NCBI GenBank assembly: GCA_963747235.1
Contig: CAVVEU010000025.1
Location: 1 to 64,000 of the forward strand
From: an uncultured Candidatus Rokubacteria bacterium
GTDB lineage: Bacteria > Methylomirabilota > Methylomirabilia > Rokubacteriales > CSP1-6
Direction of reading: 5' to 3'
DNA: 64,000 nt
Under the pieces are notes generated by a model that had not been told where the DNA came from, did not search any database, and saw nothing but the letters and a program-made list of their open reading frames with translations. Shown piece by piece: positions 1-8,180 of this stretch. Made by a program: the position numbers and the translations under genes. Numbering within the stretch: the stretch's first letter is position 1; every line of letters starts with the position of its first letter.

Positions 1-502
1 TCCCGGGTCAGGCGCTCGACCTCGGCCCTGGCCTGTCGGAGCTGAGGCGTTTCGACGATCTCCCAGGTCAGCCGCCGCCGGGCGACCGCGAACTGGTGCG
101 TCCGGAGCACGTCCACCGGCTCGCCGGGTTCAGACCGCAGCGGGATACGTGCACAGGATGATCATGCGCTGCGCGGGGCACGCACCGTTGATCTGCGCCT
201 CGTACTCGCAGAACTCCTGCCAATCCTGATCCTGGAGCCACGCGGTATTGCCGCTCACCCGCATTCCGGCGTAGCCGCGACAGCGCTCGCGCGAGCTTGT
301 CGTCCCAGCTCGCGGTCACGCGCTGCCGGCGGCGGTCAGCGGCTCCGACACCACCCAGACACAGAACTCCCCGTCGTCCAGTCCCGCCTTGGTGCCCCGG
401 GACGAGCGTGTCGAGCAGATCGTCCTTGGTCTCGTAGAAGTGGCAGAAGTGCGTCCCCCAGGGCATGGCGCCCACGACATCGATCCCGCTCTTCCTCAAC
501 AT
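1..502 (-). pseudogene. MEDS-domain sensor protein (5' part), decayed; runs off the window edge
   Basis: MEDS-type segments spread over several frames: MLRKSGIDVVGAMPWGTHFCHFYETKDDLLDTLVP / KAGLDDGEFCVWVVSEPLT / RVTASWDDKL / GYAGMRVSGNTAWL..EFCEYEAQIN..IILCTYP / VLRTHQFAVARR / WEIVETPQLRQARAEVERL. Several frameshifts plus an apparent internal deletion after VSEPLT. Confidence 0.7.
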
Positions 503-518
503 GGGACCATCAGCTACT

Positions 519-1333
519 TCAGGCCTCGACGCGAACGAGGGGGTGCGGCTTCGGCCGAACTCGCGTGTTGTAGCGCCGACGAAACTCGAGAGGAGAGACG
601 CCCAGCCGGTGCCGGAAGGCCTTGTCCAGATGCGGCAGATCGTAGAACCCGGACTCGGCGGCGATGACGGTGAGCGACAAGGAAGAGGCCAGCAGGAGCA
701 GGTGCGCCCGCTGGAGGCGGAGATCCCGGACGTAGTCGCGGAGCGACATGCCCAGCACGGCGTGGAACGTGTGGGAGAAGTGCGAGCGGCTCATCGAGGC
801 CATGGCGGCGAGCTCGTGGAGCGTGAGGGTCTCCCCCGTGTGCTCGCCGAGGAACGTGCGGATCCGATTCATGGCGGCGACCGCGGAGGCCGTGGGCGAC
901 CGCCTTCCCGCCCGGTCGATCCCACGCGTGACGGCGGCCCGCAAGGCGGCGGCCGTGACGGGATTCTGGATGAACGTGCGGGCGCCGCTCAACAGCATCT
1001 GGCCGGTCAGGCGGGCCCGATCCGGGATGCGGCCGATGACGACCACGGGGATCCAGGGCCAGCGCTCGTACATGGTCTTGACCAGCCCCACGGTGGCCGA
1101 CGCCTGCGTCCGATTCTGACCGCGCGCCGGCCCACGATCACGATCCGGAAATCCCGGTCGGACGCGGTGATGGCCTTGATGCCGCCGCGGCTGTCCTTGC
1201 TCTCGACGACGTCGTAGCGGCCGCTCAGAGCCTTGACGACGAAAGCGCGGACCGGGCGCTCGTCGAACACCACGAGCACCTCCGGCCGATCGACTCTGGG
1301 TTCCAGTCCAGATGGGCGTGGAGAGGCCAGCAT
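519..1333 (-). CDS. AraC-family regulator with N-terminal atypical receiver domain (one frameshift near 1100)
   Basis: C-terminal AraC double HTH (LTLHELAAMASMSRSHFSHTF...IAAESGFYDLPHLDKAFRHRLGVSP). N-terminal REC-like pattern (EVLVVFDER, RIVIVG, IPVVVIG, FIQNP) is split between ORFs 1007-1333 and 519-1091. Confidence 0.75.
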
Positions 1334-1420
1334 CAGGCGTCCATCCGCGCGAAGGTAGGCTCTACGGGGTCTACGGATAGTAAGATGTTCCGGATGAGCA
1401 TCGACGCCCCGCTGACCCGG

Positions 1421-2273
1421 CTACTTCTTCGGGCGCGGGCGCGTCAGCGGCTCGACCAGGTCGGCCATCGCGGGTGGAGTCGTCACGTCCTTGAACTCGA
1501 CGAGCCGGCGATAGATCTCCCCACACGCCTGGTGAAAGCCGCCCGGGAGACCGGCGGCCTCGAAGGTCGCCGCGATCTCGTCCATCTCGCCCACGAAGCG
1601 CCAGGCCTTGCGCGCGTTGTCCCGCGCGGCGGCCTCCGACTTCTTCGGCAGGTCGGGCTGCGAGCGGTGCCACTCGGCGAGCGAGAGCGTCGTCCACCCC
1701 TTCGCTCGCGGCGAGCGCGCGGACGCCCATCAGCAGCGCGGAGGTCCCCTTGGTGAACGCGGCGTACACCATCTTGAGCGCGGAGGCCGCGCCCGGCACG
1801 TCGTTGATCGCGATCGCCTCGAGCGCGCTTCCCTCGAAGAGCGCGACCGCGCGCTTGGCCTCGCGTCCCGACAGGTAGAGACGCGTGGAGCCGGCGGCAC
1901 GCGGGGGCGGACCGATGAGGCCCCCGTCCACGAAGGTGGCCCCGCCCCGCTCCACGATGACGCCGATCTCCCGCGCGGTGGCCGGCGCGATCGCATTACC
2001 GTCCACGTAGAGCCCGGTGAAGCGCTGGGCCGCGACCTCGCGGGCCAGGTCGAGCGCGGCGTGGGGCGGGCAGATCGACAGGACCACGTCGCTGGCCGCC
2101 AGGACCTTGGCCACGCTACCCGCGTCCTCGAGCCCCGCGGCGGCCGCGCGGGCGCGCGTGTCCGCGCTGCGCCCCGCGGCGGCCCAGAGCACGCGTTGCC
2201 CCGCGGCCCGCGCGCACCCGCCCACGACCGCGCCCATGTCCCCCGGATGCAGCAGCCCGATCGTCGTCGCCAT
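1421..2273 (-). CDS. NAD(P)-dependent oxidoreductase (6-phosphogluconate/3-hydroxyisobutyrate dehydrogenase-like, DUF1932 C-terminus); frameshift near 1690
   Basis: MATTIGLLHPGDMG Rossmann start, FVDGGLIGPPP, ASALKMVYAAFTKG. The C-terminus KAWRFVGEMDEIAATF lies in a shifted frame ending at TAG 1421. Confidence 0.8.
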
Positions 2274-2289
2274 GCGTTTCTCGGTCCGG

Positions 2290-2577
2290 TCAGTCCTCGC
2301 CCGCGAGGTGCGCGAAGCGGCCCGACGTCGAGCGCGCGGGCAGCTCGGCCGAGCCGTGAATGGCCTTGATCTCGACCTCGCGCACCAGGTCGCCCAGCAG
2401 GACCGCGATGAGCCCGAGCATGGCGAGGAGGGGCGAGAACATGAGCGCGGCGAGGAGCCAGATGAAGAAGCCCTGCACGCCCCGGGTGGCGCCACCCACC
2501 ATGCCCACGAAGAGCGCGCCGATCACCCAGCCCGCCAGCAGTGCGAGGAGCCAGAGACTCAGACTCGATTCAGCCAC
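2290..2577 (-). CDS. Small membrane protein (2-3 hydrophobic helices)
   Basis: 95-aa hydrophobic ORF; TACCAT -10 hexamer 6 nt before the GTG start. Confidence 0.6.
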   Translation of the reverse strand: MAESSLSLWLLALLAGWVIGALFVGMVGGATRGVQGFFIWLLAALMFSPLLAMLGLIAVLLGDLVREVEIKAIHGSAELPARSTSGRFAHLAGED

Positions 2578-2647
2578 GGGGGAATGGTACCGCAGACCGA
2601 GGCCCCTGCCCAGGCTTCAGCAGGGCCCAGGCTTCAGCCGGTGTTGC

Positions 2648-2779
2648 TCAGCGGGCGGGGGCGCTCGCCGAGATCAGCGCCGGGTCGTCCACCGGCGTCA
2701 CTTCCGCGTCGGCCATGAGGAACATCGCGAGGATGAAGAAGGTGACGAGGATACCGAATCCGATCGACGCGCGCTTCAT
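2648..2779 (-). CDS. 43-aa single-helix membrane or secreted peptide
   Basis: MKRASIGFGILVTFFILAMFLMADAEVTPVDD...; its ATG overlaps the TGA of the upstream response regulator (ATGA coupling). Confidence 0.5.
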   Translation of the reverse strand: MKRASIGFGILVTFFILAMFLMADAEVTPVDDPALISASAPAR

Positions 2780-3204
2780 ACGGGGGTGGTCTCCGGGCGC
2801 AGGTTGCGGACGATGCTCCGCAGCTCCCGCGGGCTGATGGGTTTCTCGAGCAGGTGGGCGGCGCCGTACCGCTGCGCCTCCGCCCGCGTATCGGGGTGGC
2901 ATTCGGCGGCGATGAGGACCATGAGGAGGCCCGGGTCCGCGGCGCGCAGGATGCGCACCAGATCCCAGCCATCCTCCGCGATCCCGTGAACCGGCGGCAG
3001 ATCCAGATCGATGATGGCCAGGTCGAACTCGCCCTGGTCGGCCTTGCGGATGGCCTCCGAGCTGCTCGCCGCGGTCTCGACGGCGAAGCCGCCGCCGCGG
3101 AGCGCGGCACCCAGGCCCTCGCGGCTCGTGCCGTAAGGATCGACCAGCAGCAGCCGGTCTCGTCCCTCCGTCTCCGCGTCGCCGTGCAGCCCGAATGTGG
3201 CCAT
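2776..3204 (-). CDS. Single-domain response regulator (REC)
   Basis: LLLVD, FDLAIIDLDLP (phosphoacceptor Asp), LLEKP; sigma54 promoter directly upstream. Confidence 0.8.
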   Translation of the reverse strand: MATFGLHGDAETEGRDRLLLVDPYGTSREGLGAALRGGGFAVETAASSSEAIRKADQGEFDLAIIDLDLPPVHGIAEDGWDLVRILRAADPGLLMVLIAAECHPDTRAEAQRYGAAHLLEKPISPRELRSIVRNLRPETTPV

Positions 3205-3229
3205 GTTCGCCGGATCTCCGCTTCCATAG

Positions 3230-3244
3230 GCAACCGCGGTGCCA
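3230..3244 (-). promoter_or_regulatory. sigma54 -24/-12 promoter
   Basis: Minus strand TGGCACCGCGGTTGC matches TGGCAC-N5-TTGC and lies 25 nt upstream of the REC gene. Confidence 0.8.
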
Positions 3245-3328
3245 AATGGAGGAAGCCCGGCCGAACCCGCCGAAGCTCGGATTTCCGATCAGTTAGAGAA
3301 AATCGGCTCGAGGCGGCGCTGCCGCTCG

Positions 3329-3346
3329 GTGTCAGTGAACTGACAC
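3329..3346. promoter_or_regulatory. Palindromic operator GTGTCAGT-GA-ACTGACAC
   Basis: Perfect 8-bp inverted repeat in the REC/hpnR divergent intergenic region. Confidence 0.5.
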
Positions 3347-3352
3347 TTGTTG

Positions 3353-3365
3353 TGTAACCGTTACA
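3353..3365. promoter_or_regulatory. Putative bEBP upstream activator site TGTAA-CCG-TTACA
   Basis: Palindrome about 110 bp upstream of the sigma54 promoter at 3230-3244; identical copy at 4970-4982. Confidence 0.65.
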
Positions 3366-3487
3366 TCGAAACCGGTAATTTTTTCTTCGTGGCAGCGGAC
3401 TTGGAGAGCAGCGCGCGGCGACGAGTAGAGGCGGCCCGCGCGCGCTTGCCGTATGCTGCGTGAAAATCCTCGCGGGGAGGTGGGACG

Positions 3488-4966
3488 ATGCGAGTGCTCC
3501 TGGTGCATCCGAGTCCCCTGATGTATTCGGAGCTGTACCTGCGGCTCGAGCCGCTCGGCCTCGAGCGCGTGGCCGCGGCCATCGAGGCCGCCGGCCACGA
3601 GGTGCGGCTGCTCGACCTGCAGATCTTCAAGCACGCCGACTACTGGCGCGAGATCGAGACGTTCGCGCCGCAGGCGGTGGGCTTCTCGGTGAACTACCTG
3701 GCGAACGTCCCGGAGGTGGTGGACCTCGCCAAGGAGACCAAGGCCCGGCGCGCCGCCCCCTTCGTGTTCGTGGGCGGGCACAGCGCGTCCTTCATCGCGG
3801 CCGAGTTCCTCGACCACGCCGGCGGCGCCATCGACTGCATCGTGCGCGGCGAGGGCGAGGTCATCGCGCCGCTCGTGCTGGAGGCCATCGGCGACCCGAA
3901 GCTCGAGAGCCTGCCCGGCGTGGTCACCCGGCACGGCGCGGGCCCGAGCCCGACCCTGCTCAAGGATCTCGACCTGCACCTCCCCGCCCGCCACCTCGGC
4001 CGGCGCCGCCACAAGTACTTCATCGGCGTGCTCGATCCCTGCGCGTCCATCGAGTTCACGCGCGGCTGCCCCTGGGACTGCTCGTTCTGCAGCGCGTGGA
4101 CCTTCTACGGGCGCAGCTACCGCAAGGGCTCGCCGGAAGCGGGGGTGGAGGACCTCGCGCGCATCCGCGAGCCCAACGTGTTCATCGTGGACGACGTCGC
4201 CTTCATCCAGGCCGAGCACGGCTTCGCGATCGCCCGCGAGATCGAGCGCCGGCGCATCCGCAAGCAGTACTACCTCGAGACCCGCTGCGACGTGCTGATC
4301 AAGAACCAGGAGCTCTTCGCGTACTGGAAGCGGCTCGGCCTCTACTACATGTTCCTCGGCATCGAGGCCCTCGACGACGAGGCGCTGCGGCTCCATCGCA
4401 AGCGGGTGACCCTCAACGAGAACCTGCGGGCGCTCGAGATCGCCCGGTCGCTCGGCCTCACCGTGGCCATCAACATCATCGCGGACCCGAGCTGGGACGA
4501 GGCCCGCTTCGCGGCGGTGCGCGACTGGGCGCTCACCGTGCCCGAGGTCGTGCACTTCACGGTGGCCACCCCCTACCCCGGCACCGAGCTCTGGCTGACC
4601 GAGACGCGCCAGCTCACCTCCCGGGACTACCGCCTCTTCGACGTGCAGCACGCGGTGCTGCCCACCAAGCTCCCGCTCAAGCGCTTCTACGAGGAGCTGG
4701 TCCGGACCCAGGCCGTGCTCAATCGCAAGCACCTGGGCTGGGGGGCGGTCCGCAAGTACGGGGGGGCCGCGCTCCGGGCGGCGGCGCGAGGGCAGACCAA
4801 CTACCTCCGCATGCTCTGGAAGTTCAGCACGGTCTACAACCCCGAGCGGCAGTACGCCGACCACCAGCAGCCGGTCCGCTACGAGATGCGGCCGCCCCGC
4901 CCGCTGGCCGGGGCCAAGCCGAGCAAGCAGGAGCTCTACGTGCACATGCCCGCCGCCGTCCACTAG
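3488..4966 (+). CDS. hpnR: Hopanoid C-3 methylase (B12-binding radical SAM)
   Basis: Family-typical N-terminus HPSPLMYSELYLRLEPLGLE, B12-binding domain (FVGGHSASF), CPWDCSFC cluster motif, TPYPGTE, YRLFDVQHAVLPTKLPL; RBS GGGGAGG. Confidence 0.88.
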   Translation: MRVLLVHPSPLMYSELYLRLEPLGLERVAAAIEAAGHEVRLLDLQIFKHADYWREIETFAPQAVGFSVNYLANVPEVVDLAKETKARRAAPFVFVGGHSASFIAAEFLDHAGGAIDCIVRGEGEVIAPLVLEAIGDPKLESLPGVVTRHGAGPSPTLLKDLDLHLPARHLGRRRHKYFIGVLDPCASIEFTRGCPWDCSFCSAWTFYGRSYRKGSPEAGVEDLARIREPNVFIVDDVAFIQAEHGFAIAREIERRRIRKQYYLETRCDVLIKNQELFAYWKRLGLYYMFLGIEALDDEALRLHRKRVTLNENLRALEIARSLGLTVAINIIADPSWDEARFAAVRDWALTVPEVVHFTVATPYPGTELWLTETRQLTSRDYRLFDVQHAVLPTKLPLKRFYEELVRTQAVLNRKHLGWGAVRKYGGAALRAAARGQTNYLRMLWKFSTVYNPERQYADHQQPVRYEMRPPRPLAGAKPSKQELYVHMPAAVH

Positions 4967-4969
4967 CCG

Positions 4970-5002
4970 TGTAACCGTTACACGCACCGTGTAAAGTTTA
5001 TC
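4970..5002. promoter_or_regulatory. Tandem putative bEBP sites (TGTAACCGTTACA plus weaker TGTAAAGTTTATC)
   Basis: Two related sites 20 bp apart, about 120-150 bp upstream of the sigma54 promoter at 5124. Confidence 0.65.
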
Positions 5003-5123
5003 GGCGCGCCGAGAAATTCCGTCCCATGGATGCCCTGCCGCGGGCGCGGGCAATGCCTAGCAACTAAAGGCCAAATCACGCTAAATGACGCACCCAGCCT
5101 CGGCCCGTCTCCCCTCTCTCACC

Positions 5124-5138
5124 TGGCTTGCTTGTTGC
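5124..5138 (+). promoter_or_regulatory. sigma54 -24/-12 promoter
   Basis: TGGCTTGCTTGTTGC fits TGGC-N7-TTGC, upstream of the OmpA gene. Confidence 0.7.
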
Positions 5139-5204
5139 TGTCCAAGGCAGGTTCGCGATTCGTCGTATACGTCAGTCAACGCTCACAACAGAGGAGGCGG
5201 GTAC

Positions 5205-5840
5205 ATGCGGAAAGTGATGAAGATCGGCGTCCTGCTACCAGTGGCTGTCCTGCTGGTGTCCGGCTGCGCCACGAAGGGCTTCGTGCGGGACATGTTCGCC
5301 AAGAAGGACGTCGAGGTCGACCAGCGCTTCGTGAAGGTCGAGACCCAGGTCGAGGGCGTCAACACCGAGGTCAAGGGCGTGACCACCCAGGTGAAGAGCC
5401 TGGAGGGCGCCGTGGCCGATGCCCGGAGCCGTGCCGACGCGGCGATGACCAAGGCCGAGGGCGTGGACACCCGCCTGACCCGCCTGTGGTCGAACCGCTA
5501 CAACCAGAAGACGGCCGACACCCTCGAGGTCTACTTCGGCTTCGACAAGGCCGAGCTCACCGACGGGGCCCAGACGGCTCTGCTGGGCGTGATCAAGGAG
5601 CTCCAGGGCAACCCCACGCTCGTGGTTGAGCTGGGCGGCTACACCGATCCGAAGGGCACCGTGGACTACAACTACGGCCTGAGCCAGCGCCGGGTCGAGT
5701 CGGTGCGTCGCTTCCTGGTCGAGAAGGGCGTTCCGCTGTCTCGCGTACAGGCGGTCGGCCTCGGGCCCATCGCGGCCAAGGAGACCCCGGACGAGAAGAA
5801 GCGCCGGGTCACCGTCAAGATGATGGTGGATCAGGACTAG
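5205..5840 (+). CDS. OmpA-family peptidoglycan-binding lipoprotein with N-terminal coiled coil
   Basis: RBS GAGGAGG; lipobox VSGC; Lpp-like zipper (AVADARSRADAAMTKA); VYFGFDKAEL, GYTDPKG, YNYGLSQRRVESV. Confidence 0.85.
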   Translation: MRKVMKIGVLLPVAVLLVSGCATKGFVRDMFAKKDVEVDQRFVKVETQVEGVNTEVKGVTTQVKSLEGAVADARSRADAAMTKAEGVDTRLTRLWSNRYNQKTADTLEVYFGFDKAELTDGAQTALLGVIKELQGNPTLVVELGGYTDPKGTVDYNYGLSQRRVESVRRFLVEKGVPLSRVQAVGLGPIAAKETPDEKKRRVTVKMMVDQD

Positions 5841-5850
5841 AAACAGCTCC

Positions 5851-5885
5851 CCCTCTCCCCTGAGGGGAGAGGGTCGGGTGAGGGG
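5851..5885 (+). repeat. REP-like palindrome, family A (CCCTCTCCCC-N-GGGGAGAGGG..GGGTGAGGGG)
   Basis: Same motif at 22211, 25536 and 25916; longer variants at 21104 and 45459. Confidence 0.8.
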
Positions 5886-5888
5886 TGC

Positions 5889-5930
5889 GACGGGGGAGGG
5901 ACGTCACGTCCCTCCCCCGTCTTATTTCTT
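5889..5930 (+). terminator. Intrinsic terminator between convergent ompA-like gene and otsA
   Basis: 15-bp perfect stem GACGGGGGAGGGACG-TCA-CGTCCCTCCCCCGTC followed by TTATTTCTT. Confidence 0.75.
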
Positions 5931-8180
5931 CTCCCAGGCGGCCGGCTCGGGGGTGGAGGCCGGGGTCTCGGGAATCCGCTCCAGCTCGCTCAGCAGGAGC
6001 CCCGCCCAGCGATAGATGTTGTGCTCGCGCACGCTCTCGCGCATGCGCCCCATGCGGGCCCGGCGCTCGTCGCTCGGCATCGCGACCGCGGTGCGGATGG
6101 CGTCGGCCATGCCGTCCACGTCGTACGGGTTCACCAGGATAGCGTCCCGCAGCTCCGACGACGCGCCGGTGAACTGGCTCAGGATGAGCGCCCCCTCCTC
6201 GTCGTCGCGCACCGAGATGAACTCCTTGGCCACCAGGTTCATCCCGTCGTGCAGCGAGGTCACCATGCAGAAGTCGGCGTGCCGGTAGTAGGGCCAGATG
6301 TCGCGGTGCTCGTGGTGGCGCTTCAGGTAGAGGATGGGCTTCCACCGCTTGGTCTGGTACGTCCCGTTCACCTCCTGCACCACCGCGTCCACCTCCGCCT
6401 CCAGCGCCTGGTAGCGCGGGATGGTGCTGCGGCTCGGCGCGGCGAGCTGCACGAAGACCACGCGCTCGCGGTACTCCGGGAAGCGCTCGAAGAAGCGGCC
6501 CAGCGCCCGGAAGCGCTCGGGCAGGCCCTTGGTGTAGTCGAGCCGCTCCACGCCGACCCCGAGGAACTCGGCGGTGGTGTCCAGACTCGCGAGGAGCGCC
6601 TGCCGAGACGTCGTGGGCGGGTTGTCCACGAAGCCGGGCGCCACGCTGATCGGGAACGGCTTCACCGACGTCACGTGCTGCCCCCGGGTCACCGAGAAGC
6701 GCTCCCAGTCGATGCGGGCCTCGATGGCGCGCTCCACCGTGTCCAGGAAGTTGTTGCAGTAGTACTGGGTGTGGAAGCCGATGAGGTCGGCGCCCAGCAT
6801 CCCCAGCAGCAGCTCGTCCTGCCACGGGCAGATCGAGAAGGCCTCGAAGTTCGGCCACGGGATGTGCCAGAAGATCGCGGTGCGCGCGTCCGGGCGCTCG
6901 CGCTTGATGAGCCCGGGCAGGAGCGCGAAGTGGTAGTCCTGGATCAGCACCATCGGCGACTCGGTGCCCGCGATCTCCTCCAGCACCGCGGCCGCGAACT
7001 TCTCGTTGACCGCCCGGTAGTGCGCCCAGTCCTCCGGGCGGAACTGGGGCCGGTTGTGCACGATGTGGCAGAGCGGCCACAGCCCCTCGTTGGAGAAGCC
7101 GTAGTAGTACCCCGCCTCCTCCTCCGGCGTGAGCCAGACGCGCTTGAGCGTGAAGCGCGGGTCGTCGGGGGGCACGCGGAGGCGCCCGCGCGCGTCCGCG
7201 GTCTCGCGGTCCGCGTCGCCGCTCGCCTGCGCGACCCAGATGCCGCCGCAGGCGCGCATCACCGGATCCATCGCGGTGACGAGGCCGCTGGCCGGCGTGA
7301 TCACCTGGATGCGCCCGTCCTTCCAGACGTGGCTGATGGGCTCGCGGTTGGAGACCACCACCAGCGGCCGCTCGCCCAGCCGCATCTTGGCGAACTGCTT
7401 GAGCCGCTCTTCCGTCCAGAGGGTCTGGCCGATCAGGCGCAGCGCCGCCTCTTCCTCGGCGGCCGCGCGCGCCCGCTGGAGGTTCTTGGCCAGCACCGTG
7501 ACCTCGCGCGCGATGGGGCCGAAGAGGCTCTCGTCCGGCATCTCGGGCGGGTCGATCGCGTGGCCCCGCCGGACCGCCTTGGTCCAGCGCGCCATCTTGG
7601 CCAGCGGCTGGGTCAGGCTCATGCGGACGACCAGCAGCGCGATCAGGGCCAGCACCGCGGCCAGCACCAGGAAGCGGATGCCGTTGAAGCGCCAGCGCTC
7701 CCATTCGGCCACCTTGAGATCGGAGGCGTCGAGGAACACCACGAGCGCGCCGGTGGCCTTGTCGTCGCGCAGGATCGGGTCGGCGTAGACGTAGAGCGTC
7801 TTGCCGTCGAGCTTGCGGAAGCCGGTCTGCACCGCCCCCGACGTGAGCGCCCACGTCACCTCGGGCGGCGGCGTCTCGATCATCTGCTTGCCCACGCTCG
7901 GCGTCACCGAGATCATCGAGGCGACCCGGTCGTAGACCGCGAGATCCAGGTCCGGCTTGCTGAACTTCTTGATCAGCCGGTCGATCTGGACCTTGTTGCC
8001 GCCGCGGGCCAGCGCCGGCTCCAGCACCTCCCGGAGGCTCTCGCTCACCAGGGCGGCCCGCCGGTCGAGCTCGGCGGTCAGCCGCTGCCGCTCCTCGTTG
8101 ACCTGGAGGTAAGCGAAGACCCCGATGACCAGCAGGGAAGCGACCCAGAGCGCCGCCACGAGCCGGAGCTGGAACCTCAC
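5922..8180 (-). CDS. otsA: Trehalose-6-phosphate synthase (GT20) with N-terminal TM-periplasmic-TM-HAMP-like extension
   Basis: LVVVSNREP, ASGLVTA, YYYGFSNEGLWPLCH, IQDYHF, FWHIPWP, VERLDYTKG, DGMNLVAKEF. The N-terminal ~260 aa hold two TM helices and a HAMP-like segment (SLTQPLAKMARW...IAREVTVLAKNL). GTG overlaps the otsB stop. Confidence 0.9.
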   Translation of the reverse strand: MRFQLRLVAALWVASLLVIGVFAYLQVNEERQRLTAELDRRAALVSESLREVLEPALARGGNKVQIDRLIKKFSKPDLDLAVYDRVASMISVTPSVGKQMIETPPPEVTWALTSGAVQTGFRKLDGKTLYVYADPILRDDKATGALVVFLDASDLKVAEWERWRFNGIRFLVLAAVLALIALLVVRMSLTQPLAKMARWTKAVRRGHAIDPPEMPDESLFGPIAREVTVLAKNLQRARAAAEEEAALRLIGQTLWTEERLKQFAKMRLGERPLVVVSNREPISHVWKDGRIQVITPASGLVTAMDPVMRACGGIWVAQASGDADRETADARGRLRVPPDDPRFTLKRVWLTPEEEAGYYYGFSNEGLWPLCHIVHNRPQFRPEDWAHYRAVNEKFAAAVLEEIAGTESPMVLIQDYHFALLPGLIKRERPDARTAIFWHIPWPNFEAFSICPWQDELLLGMLGADLIGFHTQYYCNNFLDTVERAIEARIDWERFSVTRGQHVTSVKPFPISVAPGFVDNPPTTSRQALLASLDTTAEFLGVGVERLDYTKGLPERFRALGRFFERFPEYRERVVFVQLAAPSRSTIPRYQALEAEVDAVVQEVNGTYQTKRWKPILYLKRHHEHRDIWPYYRHADFCMVTSLHDGMNLVAKEFISVRDDEEGALILSQFTGASSELRDAILVNPYDVDGMADAIRTAVAMPSDERRARMGRMRESVREHNIYRWAGLLLSELERIPETPASTPEPAAWEKK

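Noticed and set aside
3390-3404. TGGCAGCGGACTTGG as a sigma54 promoter for hpnR
   Set aside because: The -12 element is GG rather than GC and it lies only about 25 bp from the enhancer; not supportable.
3352-4982. 14-bp direct repeats around hpnR as a target-site duplication or att sites
   Set aside because: The repeat is itself palindromic, has variants at 9827, 9846 and 49877, always lies upstream of sigma54 promoters, and no integrase or transposase is present.
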